DNA of 64,000 nucleotides. Source: Microcoleus sp. Lineage in GTDB: Bacteria; Cyanobacteriota; Cyanobacteriia; Cyanobacteriales; Microcoleaceae. Below the pieces are notes generated by a model. It did not search any database. It was not told where the DNA came from and worked only from the letters and a program-made list of their open reading frames with translations. Below are positions 55,210 to 64,000 of the stretch, one piece after another; the stretch's first letter is position 1, and the number at the start of each line of letters is the position of its first letter. The DNA is taken from the NCBI GenBank assembly GCA_042408215.1, contig JAYFMW010000011.1, forward strand, positions 1-64,000, in the 5' to 3' direction. The position numbers and the translations under genes were made by a program.

Positions 55210-55252
55210 AGGGGGTGTGGGCAAGATTTGGTATTGCTCACACCCCCTTTTC
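55210..55252 (+). terminator. Putative intrinsic terminator
   Basis: AGGGGGTGTGGGCAA...TTGCTCACACCCCCT followed by TTT. Confidence 0.6.
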
Positions 55253-55458
55253 AATGCTGATTCTTCAATTCTTCAATTCTTCAATCTCAAATCTCAAATC
55301 TCACTTATAAATCCCGAAGCCTATTCCTAACGACTAGGACTAACGACTAATAACTAATAACTACTTTATACCTACAGGCAGAGTGCAAATAAAGCATTTG
55401 AGCAATATGATTAGTTTAAGTAGAAAGTGTAAAACAAGATACAGAAAAGGAGCAACCC

Positions 55459-55647
55459 ATGAGTATTGAAAATCGGGTCAAGGCAACTGGCAAAAACATC
55501 GAAGGCGCTGCTCAAGAAGCTCTAGGCAATGTGACTGGCGACCCCAAGGATAAAGCTCAAGGTAAAGCCAAGCAAAAACAAGCTGAAGCTAGCCACGCAG
55601 TCGAAGACGTAAAAGATGCCATCAAAGACCAAATAGACCGAGCCTAA
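55459..55647 (+). CDS. CsbD family stress protein
   Basis: KNIEGAAQEALGNVTGDPKDKAQGKAKQ; AGGAG RBS. Confidence 0.88.
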   Translation: MSIENRVKATGKNIEGAAQEALGNVTGDPKDKAQGKAKQKQAEASHAVEDVKDAIKDQIDRA

Positions 55648-55824
55648 CACTTGGTAAAAGTATAGTCATGTAATACATGACTTGGGAGGTCTTGAATCCC
55701 TCCCCTCTTGAGCGGATTGTCAAGTTGAATCCCTCGACAATCTGCGGTTTAATATGTCGCTATTATTGGCTAAAAAAAATTGACTTTGAGACGCAAATGT
55801 GGTCTAGATTGGCAAATAATTACG

Positions 55825-56507
55825 ATGAGTAGCAGCGATCGTTACAAGCGTCACATCATGAGCGATTTGGCAAGTGGCGATCGAGAAATGATGCCAGAGA
55901 CATCCGCCGAAGCATAGGAAAACTTTGATGATTTTGCAAGGGCGAACTTCGCCGGCTCAGCGCAAACAATTATTTGGTCGTTCTCTGAATCATGACAGTC
56001 TGTCGCCGGCTCAATTGGAACCGGAATTGCACTCATGCGATCGCCAAAATTAAACCGAACGAACGCGATGACGTGGCCCAGGAATTTCTCAAGCATTTGA
56101 CCAAAAGAGAATTGAACGATCGCACCTTGTCACAGCAGCTAGGACTTTCTACTCACCACGCTAGCCACATGAATGCTGACGATGTTACCAAATTAGCCTC
56201 GTTCACCTATCACAATCACCCGGATATTTTCCGAGAAGTATTAGCCGAACAGCCGGGTTTGATGAAGTTTTTGGGAAATCCAGTTGTGGCGGGTATTTTG
56301 GGAATAGTTGCTGCTAATACCAATTTTTTATGAGGCCCCGTAGAATCTGATCCCCCCTAACCCCCCTTAATAAGGGGGGAACAAGATTCTGCTCTTTCGT
56401 CAACCCCTACTCACACCCTACTCCCTGATTAAGGGGGATGCGAGGGGGATCGAGATATATGCAACGACCCATTAAATTGGTATAAGTGGCTCAGCAACCG
56501 CAAATAG
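55825..56507 (+). pseudogene. Disrupted hypothetical gene (premature TAG, two apparent frameshifts, MITE insertion)
   Basis: MSSSDRYKRHIMSDLA..EA* (TAG 55915); a joined reading continues to ..GILGIVAA, and the original tail KWLSNRK* lies after the MITE. Confidence 0.7.
56318..56482. mobile_element. 165-bp MITE, copy 2 (3-bp TSD TAA)
   Basis: Near-identical to 7413-7577; TAA at 56315-56317 and 56483-56485. Confidence 0.88.
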
Positions 56508-56907
56508 TCTTGTTTTCAGACAATTCTCAAAGCTCATCCTGTAGACAGGAAATAAAGGGCGATCGCAAGTCGATCGCCCTTTAGTATTTTATACCAAATC
56601 ACCAGCTTCTATCAAATCCGGTAGCATCGGAATTATTCAGATCTCTATTCTCTCCCTCTGTGTCCTCTGTGTTCTAGAAAGGTTAAATCATTCCGGTACA
56701 ACCAGAAACGATATTCTAGGCCTGAATTATTCTGATCGTCACTGTTCGTGTCAATAAAGCCAATTACCAATTCCCAATTACCAATTACCAATTGCCAATT
56801 ATTGCTCAGACATAAAAATAGCTGCGGTGACATAACCTGGCAATTACACCTGACACTCCGCAGGATTAAATGTAGGATTAAGTGTTGCCTTGAATTAGGA
56901 AAAAAAG

Positions 56908-57690
56908 ATGAACATATCCTCTATTTGGCGAAAAGTTCGCAGCCAGCCAGCCTTCTGCTTGGCTGCACTGCTGTCAGTTTGTCTCGTATTCATCGGTTGT
57001 TCGCCCGCCCAGTCAGCCGGTGGTAATCCAGTCGATCCCAAGTTAAAAGAGCAAGTCTTGCAGATTATCCGCGAAAACCCGCAAGCAATTTTAGAGTCGG
57101 TACAAGCGTACCAGCAGCAACAGCAAGATGCTCTCAAAGCTGCGCGACAATCATTTTTCGATCAGATGAAAAGCAGTCCCAAATCGGCGATCGGCGATTC
57201 TCCCACAACAGGTGCCGCCTCGCAACAGATTGTACTGTTAGAATTTTCCGATTTTCAATGTCCGTTTTGTGCGCGGGCTCACGATACAGTCAAGCAGTTT
57301 ATGGCCAAACACCAAGACCAAGTTACTTTAGCCTACAAACATTTTCCCTTAACTTCAATTCACCCTCAAGCCCTACCAGCAGCTAAAGCAGCCTGGGCTG
57401 CCGGACAGCAGGGCAAATTCTGGGAATATTACAGCGCGTTGTTCGAGGGACAAAAACAGTTAGGTGAAGACTTGTACCCAGCGATCGCCCAAAAACTCAA
57501 TCTCAAATTAGATAAATTCAACACCGATCGCAACAGCCAGAGCGCCGAAGCAGCCATTCAAAAAGACTTGCAACTCGCTCAATCATTGGGAATAGAAGGC
57601 ACTCCATTCTTTATCATGAACGGCAAAACCTTCTCAGGGGCGATCGAGCTGGCCGAGATGGAAAATATTCTCGCCTCTGTCTCTAAATAG
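56908..57690 (+). CDS. DsbA/thioredoxin-like lipoprotein
   Basis: Lipobox FIGC; EFSDFQCPFC; GTPFF. Confidence 0.9.
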   Translation: MNISSIWRKVRSQPAFCLAALLSVCLVFIGCSPAQSAGGNPVDPKLKEQVLQIIRENPQAILESVQAYQQQQQDALKAARQSFFDQMKSSPKSAIGDSPTTGAASQQIVLLEFSDFQCPFCARAHDTVKQFMAKHQDQVTLAYKHFPLTSIHPQALPAAKAAWAAGQQGKFWEYYSALFEGQKQLGEDLYPAIAQKLNLKLDKFNTDRNSQSAEAAIQKDLQLAQSLGIEGTPFFIMNGKTFSGAIELAEMENILASVSK

Positions 57691-57776
57691 TCTCACATCA
57701 TGAAGAGGCAGAGCCTCCCTGAGCTGCCTTCCCAGCCTGGAGGGCTGGGAACGAGAACAACTCAAAAAATCTCTGA

Positions 57777-58478
57777 TTAAACTGCCGCCAACTCAGGAGT
57801 CGGGCGCTTGCTGTGGCGGATACCCTCGATCGCACCTGCGTAATCCTTCGCCTTAAACACAGCAGAACCAGCCACGATCGCATTTGCGCCGGCTTCCAGA
57901 ACCTGCCAAGTATTATCCACCTTCAAACCGCCATCCACCTCAATCCAAGGATCAAGACCCTTCTCATCGCACATTTGGCGCAACTTGCGAATTTTCGGCA
58001 ACACAGTCGGAATAAAACTTTGACCCCCAAAGCCCGGATTGACACTCATAATCAGCACCAAATCGCAAAGTTCCAGCACGTACTCAATCAACTCCAGCGG
58101 TGTCGAAGGATTGAGAACCACACCAGCCTGCTTGCCCAATTCCCGAATTTGACCGAGAGTGCGGTGCAAGTGAGGCGAAGCATTGTGCTCGGCGTGAACC
58201 GAAATAATGTCAGCACCAGCCTTCGCGAAGTCCTCAACATACTTCTCCGGTTCCACAATCATCAAGTGGACATCGATGATTTTGCTAGTAACAGGACGAA
58301 TTGCCTCAACAATCAGCGGTCCGATCGTAATATTAGGAACAAAGCGACCATCCATCACATCTACGTGAATCCAGTCAGCCCCAGCTTGATCGACAGCTTG
58401 AATCTCTGCTCCGAGACGGCTAAAATCGGCTGATAATATGGATGGAGCAATAACGATCGGTTTTTGGGATTTGGTCAT
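57777..58478 (-). CDS. rpe: Ribulose-phosphate 3-epimerase
   Basis: [36 protein letters not shown]. Confidence 0.97.
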   Translation of the reverse strand: MTKSQKPIVIAPSILSADFSRLGAEIQAVDQAGADWIHVDVMDGRFVPNITIGPLIVEAIRPVTSKIIDVHLMIVEPEKYVEDFAKAGADIISVHAEHNASPHLHRTLGQIRELGKQAGVVLNPSTPLELIEYVLELCDLVLIMSVNPGFGGQSFIPTVLPKIRKLRQMCDEKGLDPWIEVDGGLKVDNTWQVLEAGANAIVAGSAVFKAKDYAGAIEGIRHSKRPTPELAAV

Positions 58479-58761
58479 GGCTAAGTCTGTTCTCCTGTCT
58501 CCTGTGCTGTATCCAGTCTATCAAAATGCGGCGATCGGGCCCGAAAAGTTGTGAATAATCAGTTAGTAGGGGCCAGCCCGGCCCAGAAATTTTGCCCAGA
58601 ACCGACAAATTTTGTGCAAAACCAGCCTGGTACTGGCCCGGCCTGAAAATTTTGCCCAGAAATTTTGCCCAGAAATTTTGCCCAGAAATTTTGCCCAGAA
58701 CCGACAAATTTTGTCCAAAAACAGCCCTTTTATCGGAATTTTGAGTTTTGAGCGATTAATT

Positions 58762-59136
58762 ATGAAAAATACAGATCCGCTAGAAAATCCTGACCTCGAT
58801 CGTGCAAGTCTGTTTGTATTAATGATTCCAGTCATCGGTTTTTTTCCCTCCCTGTGGACACTTTACCGCCGTCAAGGCAGCCCCGAACGCAAAGCCATCA
58901 GCCGCTTGGCAATAGCCCTTGCTGTTAGTTGGCTTTTAGGACATATTCTTTTAGAAGCTGGAGCCATTTCTACGGAATCTTGGACACTTCCCCTGTTATT
59001 AATGAGTAGCCTGTTGACAACCAGCTATTTCATTGTTGCTCTAGGACTGATGGTTCGCCTCGGTCAACGTCAACCGCTCTGGTTGCCCGGAATTAGTCGC
59101 GTAGCCGAACAATTGATCGGCAAACATTTATCCTAA
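58762..59136 (+). CDS. Hypothetical membrane protein
   Basis: Three hydrophobic segments; IPVIGFFPSLWTLYRR. The upstream ORF extension comes from 13-bp repeats. Confidence 0.75.
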   Translation: MKNTDPLENPDLDRASLFVLMIPVIGFFPSLWTLYRRQGSPERKAISRLAIALAVSWLLGHILLEAGAISTESWTLPLLLMSSLLTTSYFIVALGLMVRLGQRQPLWLPGISRVAEQLIGKHLS

Positions 59137-59234
59137 ATTAGGGTAATTTAGGTGTTAAACTAGATCGGATTATCCCTGGATTTTACCGTACATTACCGGA
59201 CACAAGCCCCATAAACTTTTATACCCAAAAAAAG

Positions 59235-60461
59235 ATGGTTGTTGAAAGACATTACATAGACAGACAGCATCAGTTTGATCGACGGTTTGATGACTTATCC
59301 TTCCTGTCAAAAAATCTCTACAAGCATGGTAAATATTGGATGAGGCAACACTTTTTTAATTCGGGGGAGAGGGTGGGAGCGGGTTTAAATCTAAAACAGT
59401 TATATGCGAGCGTAAAATCCACAAATGACTATAAATCCTTACCAGCCAAAGTTAGCAATCAAGCGATCAAACAAGTGATTCACGATTGGTCAGCTTGGCA
59501 AAAAACCCTCGGGGCTTATTACCGGGAGAGCCATCTATTTTCAGCCCGCCCCAAAATCCCCAAATACAAACATAAAACCTGCGGACGGAACTTGTTAATT
59601 TACGATAACCAATCCCTTGGACAAAGAGGTAAAAAGAAAAATAACGGGCGACTTCATTTATCTCAAACCGACATCATAATTGCCACCAAAGCACAAGATG
59701 TCATAGAGGTAAGGAGAGTTCCAAAAACCGCAAACTACATATTTGAGGTTGTTTACGAAAAGCCTGTTACCCTTGTGGATTTAAACCCCAAACTCATAGC
59801 AGGTATAGATTTAGGTATCGATCGCCTCGTGGGTTTTGCCACGAATAAGCCGACATTTACTCCAACTCTCTATGATGGAAAACATCTCAAATCTATCAAT
59901 CAAGGTTTCAATAAGCGCCGAGCCTTTTTACAGTCGCAACTTGAAAAAGGGAAATATACCACGCGCCAAATTCAGCAAATCACCTTGAAGCGAAACAAGC
60001 GAGTAGAAAACTACCTTCATCAAACCAGCAGTTTAATTGTCAAGCGCTTGGTGGACGAGGAAATAGGGCAGTTAGTAATTGGCAAAAATGTGGAGTGGAA
60101 AGAAAATTTAGAGTTAGGGAAAAAAACGAATCAGACCTTTTGTTCAATTCCTCATGCCAAGCTGATAGAAATGATGACCTACAAAGCTGAGTTAGTGGGT
60201 ATCAAGGTAACAGTTACAGAAGCATCTTATACAAGTAAGTGCAGCTTTTTGGATTTAGAGCCTGTCGGTAAGCAAGAGTCTTACCAGGGTAAGAGAGTGT
60301 TTCGCGGGTTGTTTCGGTCAGTGCGTGGAACGCTGATTAATGCTGATGTGAATGCAGCATTAAATATGATTAGAAAAGTAAGCGGAAACTCACCGTTTCA
60401 GGGGTGCAGCAACCGTTTAGAGGTGTTGGCAGTTTCACCTGTGCGGGTTTCACCTGTATGA
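59235..60461 (+). CDS. tnpB: TnpB (rearranged RuvC type), probably nuclease-impaired
   Basis: GIDLGID, LVIGKN, TEASYTS (Glu>Ala relative to the other copy), INADVNAA; no tnpA. Confidence 0.85.
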   Translation: MVVERHYIDRQHQFDRRFDDLSFLSKNLYKHGKYWMRQHFFNSGERVGAGLNLKQLYASVKSTNDYKSLPAKVSNQAIKQVIHDWSAWQKTLGAYYRESHLFSARPKIPKYKHKTCGRNLLIYDNQSLGQRGKKKNNGRLHLSQTDIIIATKAQDVIEVRRVPKTANYIFEVVYEKPVTLVDLNPKLIAGIDLGIDRLVGFATNKPTFTPTLYDGKHLKSINQGFNKRRAFLQSQLEKGKYTTRQIQQITLKRNKRVENYLHQTSSLIVKRLVDEEIGQLVIGKNVEWKENLELGKKTNQTFCSIPHAKLIEMMTYKAELVGIKVTVTEASYTSKCSFLDLEPVGKQESYQGKRVFRGLFRSVRGTLINADVNAALNMIRKVSGNSPFQGCSNRLEVLAVSPVRVSPV

Positions 60462-60615
60462 AAAACCACGCAAAAAGTCCGGTAATGTCAAGCATTGCCC
60501 GGTTTTTTGTGAACTGTATCTTAAGAACCCTTAGCGTATTGATTGATTGCGTCTTCAGGTAGATACTACAAATTGCCACGATCTTTTTTTATTCTTATTG
60601 TGTGTGAGGAAGCCA

Positions 60616-62022
60616 GTGCCAGCTCAAAAAATTCCTAATCAAGACCCTACCAAACAACCAGCTACTCATCCCTCAACCAGAAAATCGGCCCAGCCTCATC
60701 GAGGCCGTTGGTTGGGATTTGGTTTTGGCTTAGCAGGAGTAGCCATGCTCTCAGCCACCGCCGGAGCGCTGCTAGCCGTGTCGCTTTCGACAACCCCGCT
60801 TCAGCAGCAGAAGTTGAGCCCTGAAGAAGCGGCGGTGTTTTCTCAAGGCGATATGGCGAAGCTCAGCATGAAAATGCCAGAGCTCACCCGCCCAGTTAAT
60901 ATTTTAGTTTTAGGACTTAAGGTTCTGAGTTCAGACATCGACGGCCATCCCGACAAGGCTCAGGGATACGATGTGTGGCAAAACTCCTTTAAGGGGTTAA
61001 CCGATACCATGCTGCTGGTTAGGTTCGACCCTCAAAATAAAAAGTTAAGCGTGCTTTCTATTCCGCGAGATACCCGCACTTATGTTGAAGGCAGGGGCCT
61101 GGTCAAAATCAACGAAGCCAATTACTACGGCGGCCCGGCTTCGTCAGCCAAGTCAGTCAGTGGACTCCTTGGTGGTGTGGGAATTGACCGCTATGTCACA
61201 GTTAATATTCAAGGCATAAAAAGCTTGGTCGATGCCCTTGGCGGCATCACGATGAATGTCCCTAAAGACATGAAGTATACCGATGAAAGCCAGCATTTAT
61301 ATATAGATTTAAAGGCTGGCAAGCAGCATCTGGACGGCGAACAAATCGTGCAATATTTGCTTTACCGCCATGACGATTTGGGTGACATCGGGCGGGTGCA
61401 GCGGCAACAATTGTTGATGCGGGCTTTTGTGGAACAGGAAGTTAATGTAGGCTTGCTGTCCCGACTGCCGAAGATTTTGTCGGTGATTCAGTCTCACCTT
61501 GACACAAATTTAAGCATTGAGGAATTGGTAGCTTTGGCTGGTTTTGCTACTCAAACCGATCGTTCTAGCGTGCAGATGTTGATGGTTCCGGGCAAGTTCA
61601 GCGATCCCAAGGATTACAAGGCTAGTTACTGGTTGCCCGATCAAAGTGCGATCGAAACTCTGGTGGCAGAACATTTTGACTTCGGCCAAAATACTTGGCA
61701 AATTGAGAATGCTGATGCGACTTTTCTGAAGGTGTCTATTCAAGATAGTACGGGCGACCAAGCTGCTGTTGAAGATTTTGTCAAGACTTTGACTCGGGCT
61801 GGCTATCGGAATGTTCAGGTTTATAAGGATTGGCCAGAACCGTTGGAGGTAACTACTCTAGTGGCTCAAGATGGCGATGTTAAAGGTGCTCAAGCGATTC
61901 GCCAGTCTTTGGGTTTTGGGGAAGTGCTGGTTGAGAGTACGGGTTCTTTGCAATCCGATGTGACAATCAGATTGGGCAAGGATTGGTTGAGTAAAAAGTC
62001 TCAGTCAGACCGAGGATTTTAA
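60616..62022 (+). CDS. LCP (LytR-CpsA-Psr) family protein with a LytR C-terminal domain
   Basis: NILVLG, TDTMLL, LSIPRDT, GDIGRVQRQQ, SDVTIRLGKDW; GAGG RBS before GTG 60616. Confidence 0.9.
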   Translation: MPAQKIPNQDPTKQPATHPSTRKSAQPHRGRWLGFGFGLAGVAMLSATAGALLAVSLSTTPLQQQKLSPEEAAVFSQGDMAKLSMKMPELTRPVNILVLGLKVLSSDIDGHPDKAQGYDVWQNSFKGLTDTMLLVRFDPQNKKLSVLSIPRDTRTYVEGRGLVKINEANYYGGPASSAKSVSGLLGGVGIDRYVTVNIQGIKSLVDALGGITMNVPKDMKYTDESQHLYIDLKAGKQHLDGEQIVQYLLYRHDDLGDIGRVQRQQLLMRAFVEQEVNVGLLSRLPKILSVIQSHLDTNLSIEELVALAGFATQTDRSSVQMLMVPGKFSDPKDYKASYWLPDQSAIETLVAEHFDFGQNTWQIENADATFLKVSIQDSTGDQAAVEDFVKTLTRAGYRNVQVYKDWPEPLEVTTLVAQDGDVKGAQAIRQSLGFGEVLVESTGSLQSDVTIRLGKDWLSKKSQSDRGF

Positions 62023-62086
62023 ACATAGTATTTGTAGGGACACAGCACTGCTGTGTCCTTTTTACTGCTGAAACCCTTGCCCGGAA

Positions 62087-62400
62087 TTACCTCTGCCTTC
62101 TGCCTTCTGCCTTCTGCCTTCTTCCTTCTGCTATAAAGTTCAATCTAGTCAGCCACCGCACCCACACCCAACCCAAAAAACTACCTGCAAAATAGGATGG
62201 AAAATCCGACCAAGTAAATGAGTTTCCCAATACCAGTCGTCCCGGTAAAGTAGCTCTAGCTGCTTGTAAAAACGGAGGTTGCCACAGTTGAAGAAACTCT
62301 AATCCGCAGGTAGCGACACACACCCCAAAAGCCGTCCAAACCAGCGAAGCTTGTGGCCACAAGAAAACTGTTAGCAAAATCCCAAATATTTCATAAGCTA
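62087..62400 (-). pseudogene. DUF2809-like membrane protein, 5'-truncated
   Basis: LEFLQLWQPPFLQAARATLPGRLVLGNSFTWSD; no start, and an IS end lies immediately upstream. Confidence 0.6.
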
Positions 62401-62425
62401 TGCTCTTATTGCTGCAATTGAGTCT

Positions 62426-62600
62426 TTGACACTCCTCGGCATACAGGCCCGAGGATTGTTAAGACATTTCAGTCTTAATATCCCTATTTCTAGGGTTCCT
62501 TTCGCTGACTACGTTTGCACAAAAATGTGTGTAGTCATATCTCCTCAAAAGTGTTTTGGGCGTATACTTTCCCCCAGTCCAGGGGTAGGTTTTTAAATCT
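62426..62600 (-). mobile_element. Right-end remnant of an IS200/IS605 element
   Basis: Minus strand AATCCTCGGGCCTGTATGCCGAGGAGTGTCAA: hairpin plus GAGTGTCAA, the same end type as at 19303; far boundary uncertain. Confidence 0.55.
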
Positions 62601-63169
62601 TGTCTGATGCCTTTACGTTTGCCACACACTGGTGGGTGCGTCGATATGTCTACCCAAATAATTAACAACTTTACCCACTCTATCGGCATAGGAGAAGACC
62701 AAATGAAATTGGGCAGATTAGCTCTAGCAGGATTAATGACAATTGGTGTCAACTTAAAACAGAAACCCTCTGTCTCTTTCATTTGTATCGAAGTCTCGAT
62801 CCCCCTCCCACCCCAGGGCTGTTTCATTCTCGCTCCGGGGTAATCCCTCGTGAAGAGCCCCGATGCCTGAAACGCCCATTCGATGGTCTGTGGGGGGTAG
62901 GCACGGGGAGTAGGGGTAGCACTACCCCTACAAAATCGCGATTTTCCTGAGAATGAAACAGCCCAGCCTCCCATCCCCCTTAATCAGGGGAGTAGGGGGT
63001 GACGAAAGAGAATGCTCTTGTCCCCCCCTTTTTTTAGGAAGGGGGGCTAGGGGGGGATCGAGACTTCGATCGGGTTTTATTGACAACTGACTTAAATGCT
63101 TGGTTTTTTGTTAAAAATTGTAAACTGTTAAGAGTGCTTTACGCATCTGATATTTTTCTGAGGATTTCT

Positions 63170-64000
63170 ATGAAGCAACTTTTGATTGCTGAGCGCTTTT
63201 GCCTGATTGCTCACGTCTTGTCGATGGCTTTTGGATTGGCTGGGTTGCTGATAGTTTTACCCCGTCCCGAATTGGTGATGAGCTTGCCTCCGGCTGGGCA
63301 AACTCTGTTCCAGTGGGGGATGGCTGGCGGTGGAGTAGTTTATATCATTTTTGGTGCTGCTGCGGTTGCTCTCTATGCCTTTCGGACATTGGGCTTAGGT
63401 GCAACTCTGACATTTTTGCTGCCTTCTGTGTTTTTATCTTTGAGTAGCGAGTTGTTGGGAACGAGTACGGGTTTTCCCTTTGGCCACTATCACTATTTGA
63501 GCGGTTTGGGCTACAAAATTGCAGGGCTGGTGCCGTTTACAATCCCGCTGTCGTGGTTTTATCTGGGACTGGTTTCTTATGTGATTGCTCGCGCTGGATT
63601 GAGTGCAGGTAAGGGATCGCTCAACTGGGTGCGCCAACTAGGGGCGATCGCCCTTGGTGCTTTGTTACTGACAGCGTGGGATTTTGTACTAGATCCGGCG
63701 ATGAGTCAGACTTCTGTGCCTTTTTGGGAGTTTGAGGAACTTGGAGCTTTCTTCGGGATGCCTTACCGCAATTTGGCGGGGTGGATGGGTACGGGGGCGC
63801 TGTTTATGTCCTCCGCAGCTTTTTTCTGGAGAAAAACTCCGATTCATTTGGAGCGATCGTCCATGAGTTTGCCCTTAATTGTTTATTTGGTAAACTTTGC
63901 TTTCGGAGCAATTATCACTGTAACTTCTTTGGATTCTCGGTTCTGGTTCCCGACACTGTTAGCTGTGCTTCTGGGTGTTGTTCCGGCGATCGTCTTAAGT
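63170..64000 (+). CDS. cruF: Carotenoid hydratase / gamma-carotene 1'-hydroxylase CruF (DUF422), 3'-partial
   Basis: MKQLLIAERFCLIAHVLSMAFGLAGLL, ELLGTSTGFPFGHY, VPFTIPLSWFY, WDFVLDPAM; runs off the window. Confidence 0.85.
   Translation, partial: MKQLLIAERFCLIAHVLSMAFGLAGLLIVLPRPELVMSLPPAGQTLFQWGMAGGGVVYIIFGAAAVALYAFRTLGLGATLTFLLPSVFLSLSSELLGTSTGFPFGHYHYLSGLGYKIAGLVPFTIPLSWFYLGLVSYVIARAGLSAGKGSLNWVRQLGAIALGALLLTAWDFVLDPAMSQTSVPFWEFEELGAFFGMPYRNLAGWMGTGALFMSSAAFFWRKTPIHLERSSMSLPLIVYLVNFAFGAIITVTSLDSRFWFPTLLAVLLGVVPAIVLS

Noticed and set aside
57813..58433. Long antisense ORFs over real genes (also 41313-41927, 19521-20033, 33590-34051)
   Set aside because: They overlap well-supported genes and show no motifs.
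62459..62974. 171-aa minus-strand ORF
   Set aside because: It runs through repeat and IS remnants with no coherent domain.

Overview
Chromosomal window of a filamentous cyanobacterium. Evidence: abundant HIP1 GCGATCGC, heptamer STRR repeats and typical cyanobacterial genes (por, nblR, cruF, rbp, cyanoexosortase B). A Microcoleus/Oscillatoriales-like host is my inference. Housekeeping content: a two-component pair, ergothioneine egtC-egtB-egtD, rbp, a TPR protein, RluA, an Old Yellow Enzyme, por, a PEP-synthase-like protein, comF, nblR, a class V aminotransferase, trpC, lpdA, an EPS export/cyanoexosortase B cluster, an aldo-keto reductase, uvrB, a UrtA-fused hybrid kinase, DsbA, rpe, LCP and cruF. 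Accessory and unusual content: (i) an unlisted minus-strand Q/G/N/P-rich repeat ORF running off the left edge, next to a Pro-rich two-component system; (ii) egtB split by nine perfect 67-bp repeats, with both halves still in one frame; (iii) two TnpBs of the rearranged-RuvC type, one with the alternative Glu changed to Ala, plus gene-less IS200/IS605 derivatives; (iv) a ~5-kb island between lpdA and trpC with three toxin-antitoxin pairs, an orphan antitoxin and a truncated LRR(-Roc) gene; (v) several nested MITE/short-dispersed-repeat families, some with clear target-site duplications or in-frame insertions in genes. Single-base frameshifts in trpC and the polysaccharide export gene may be assembly errors. 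I found no CRISPR array, rRNA or tRNA. All calls come from reading the sequence; no database search was run.
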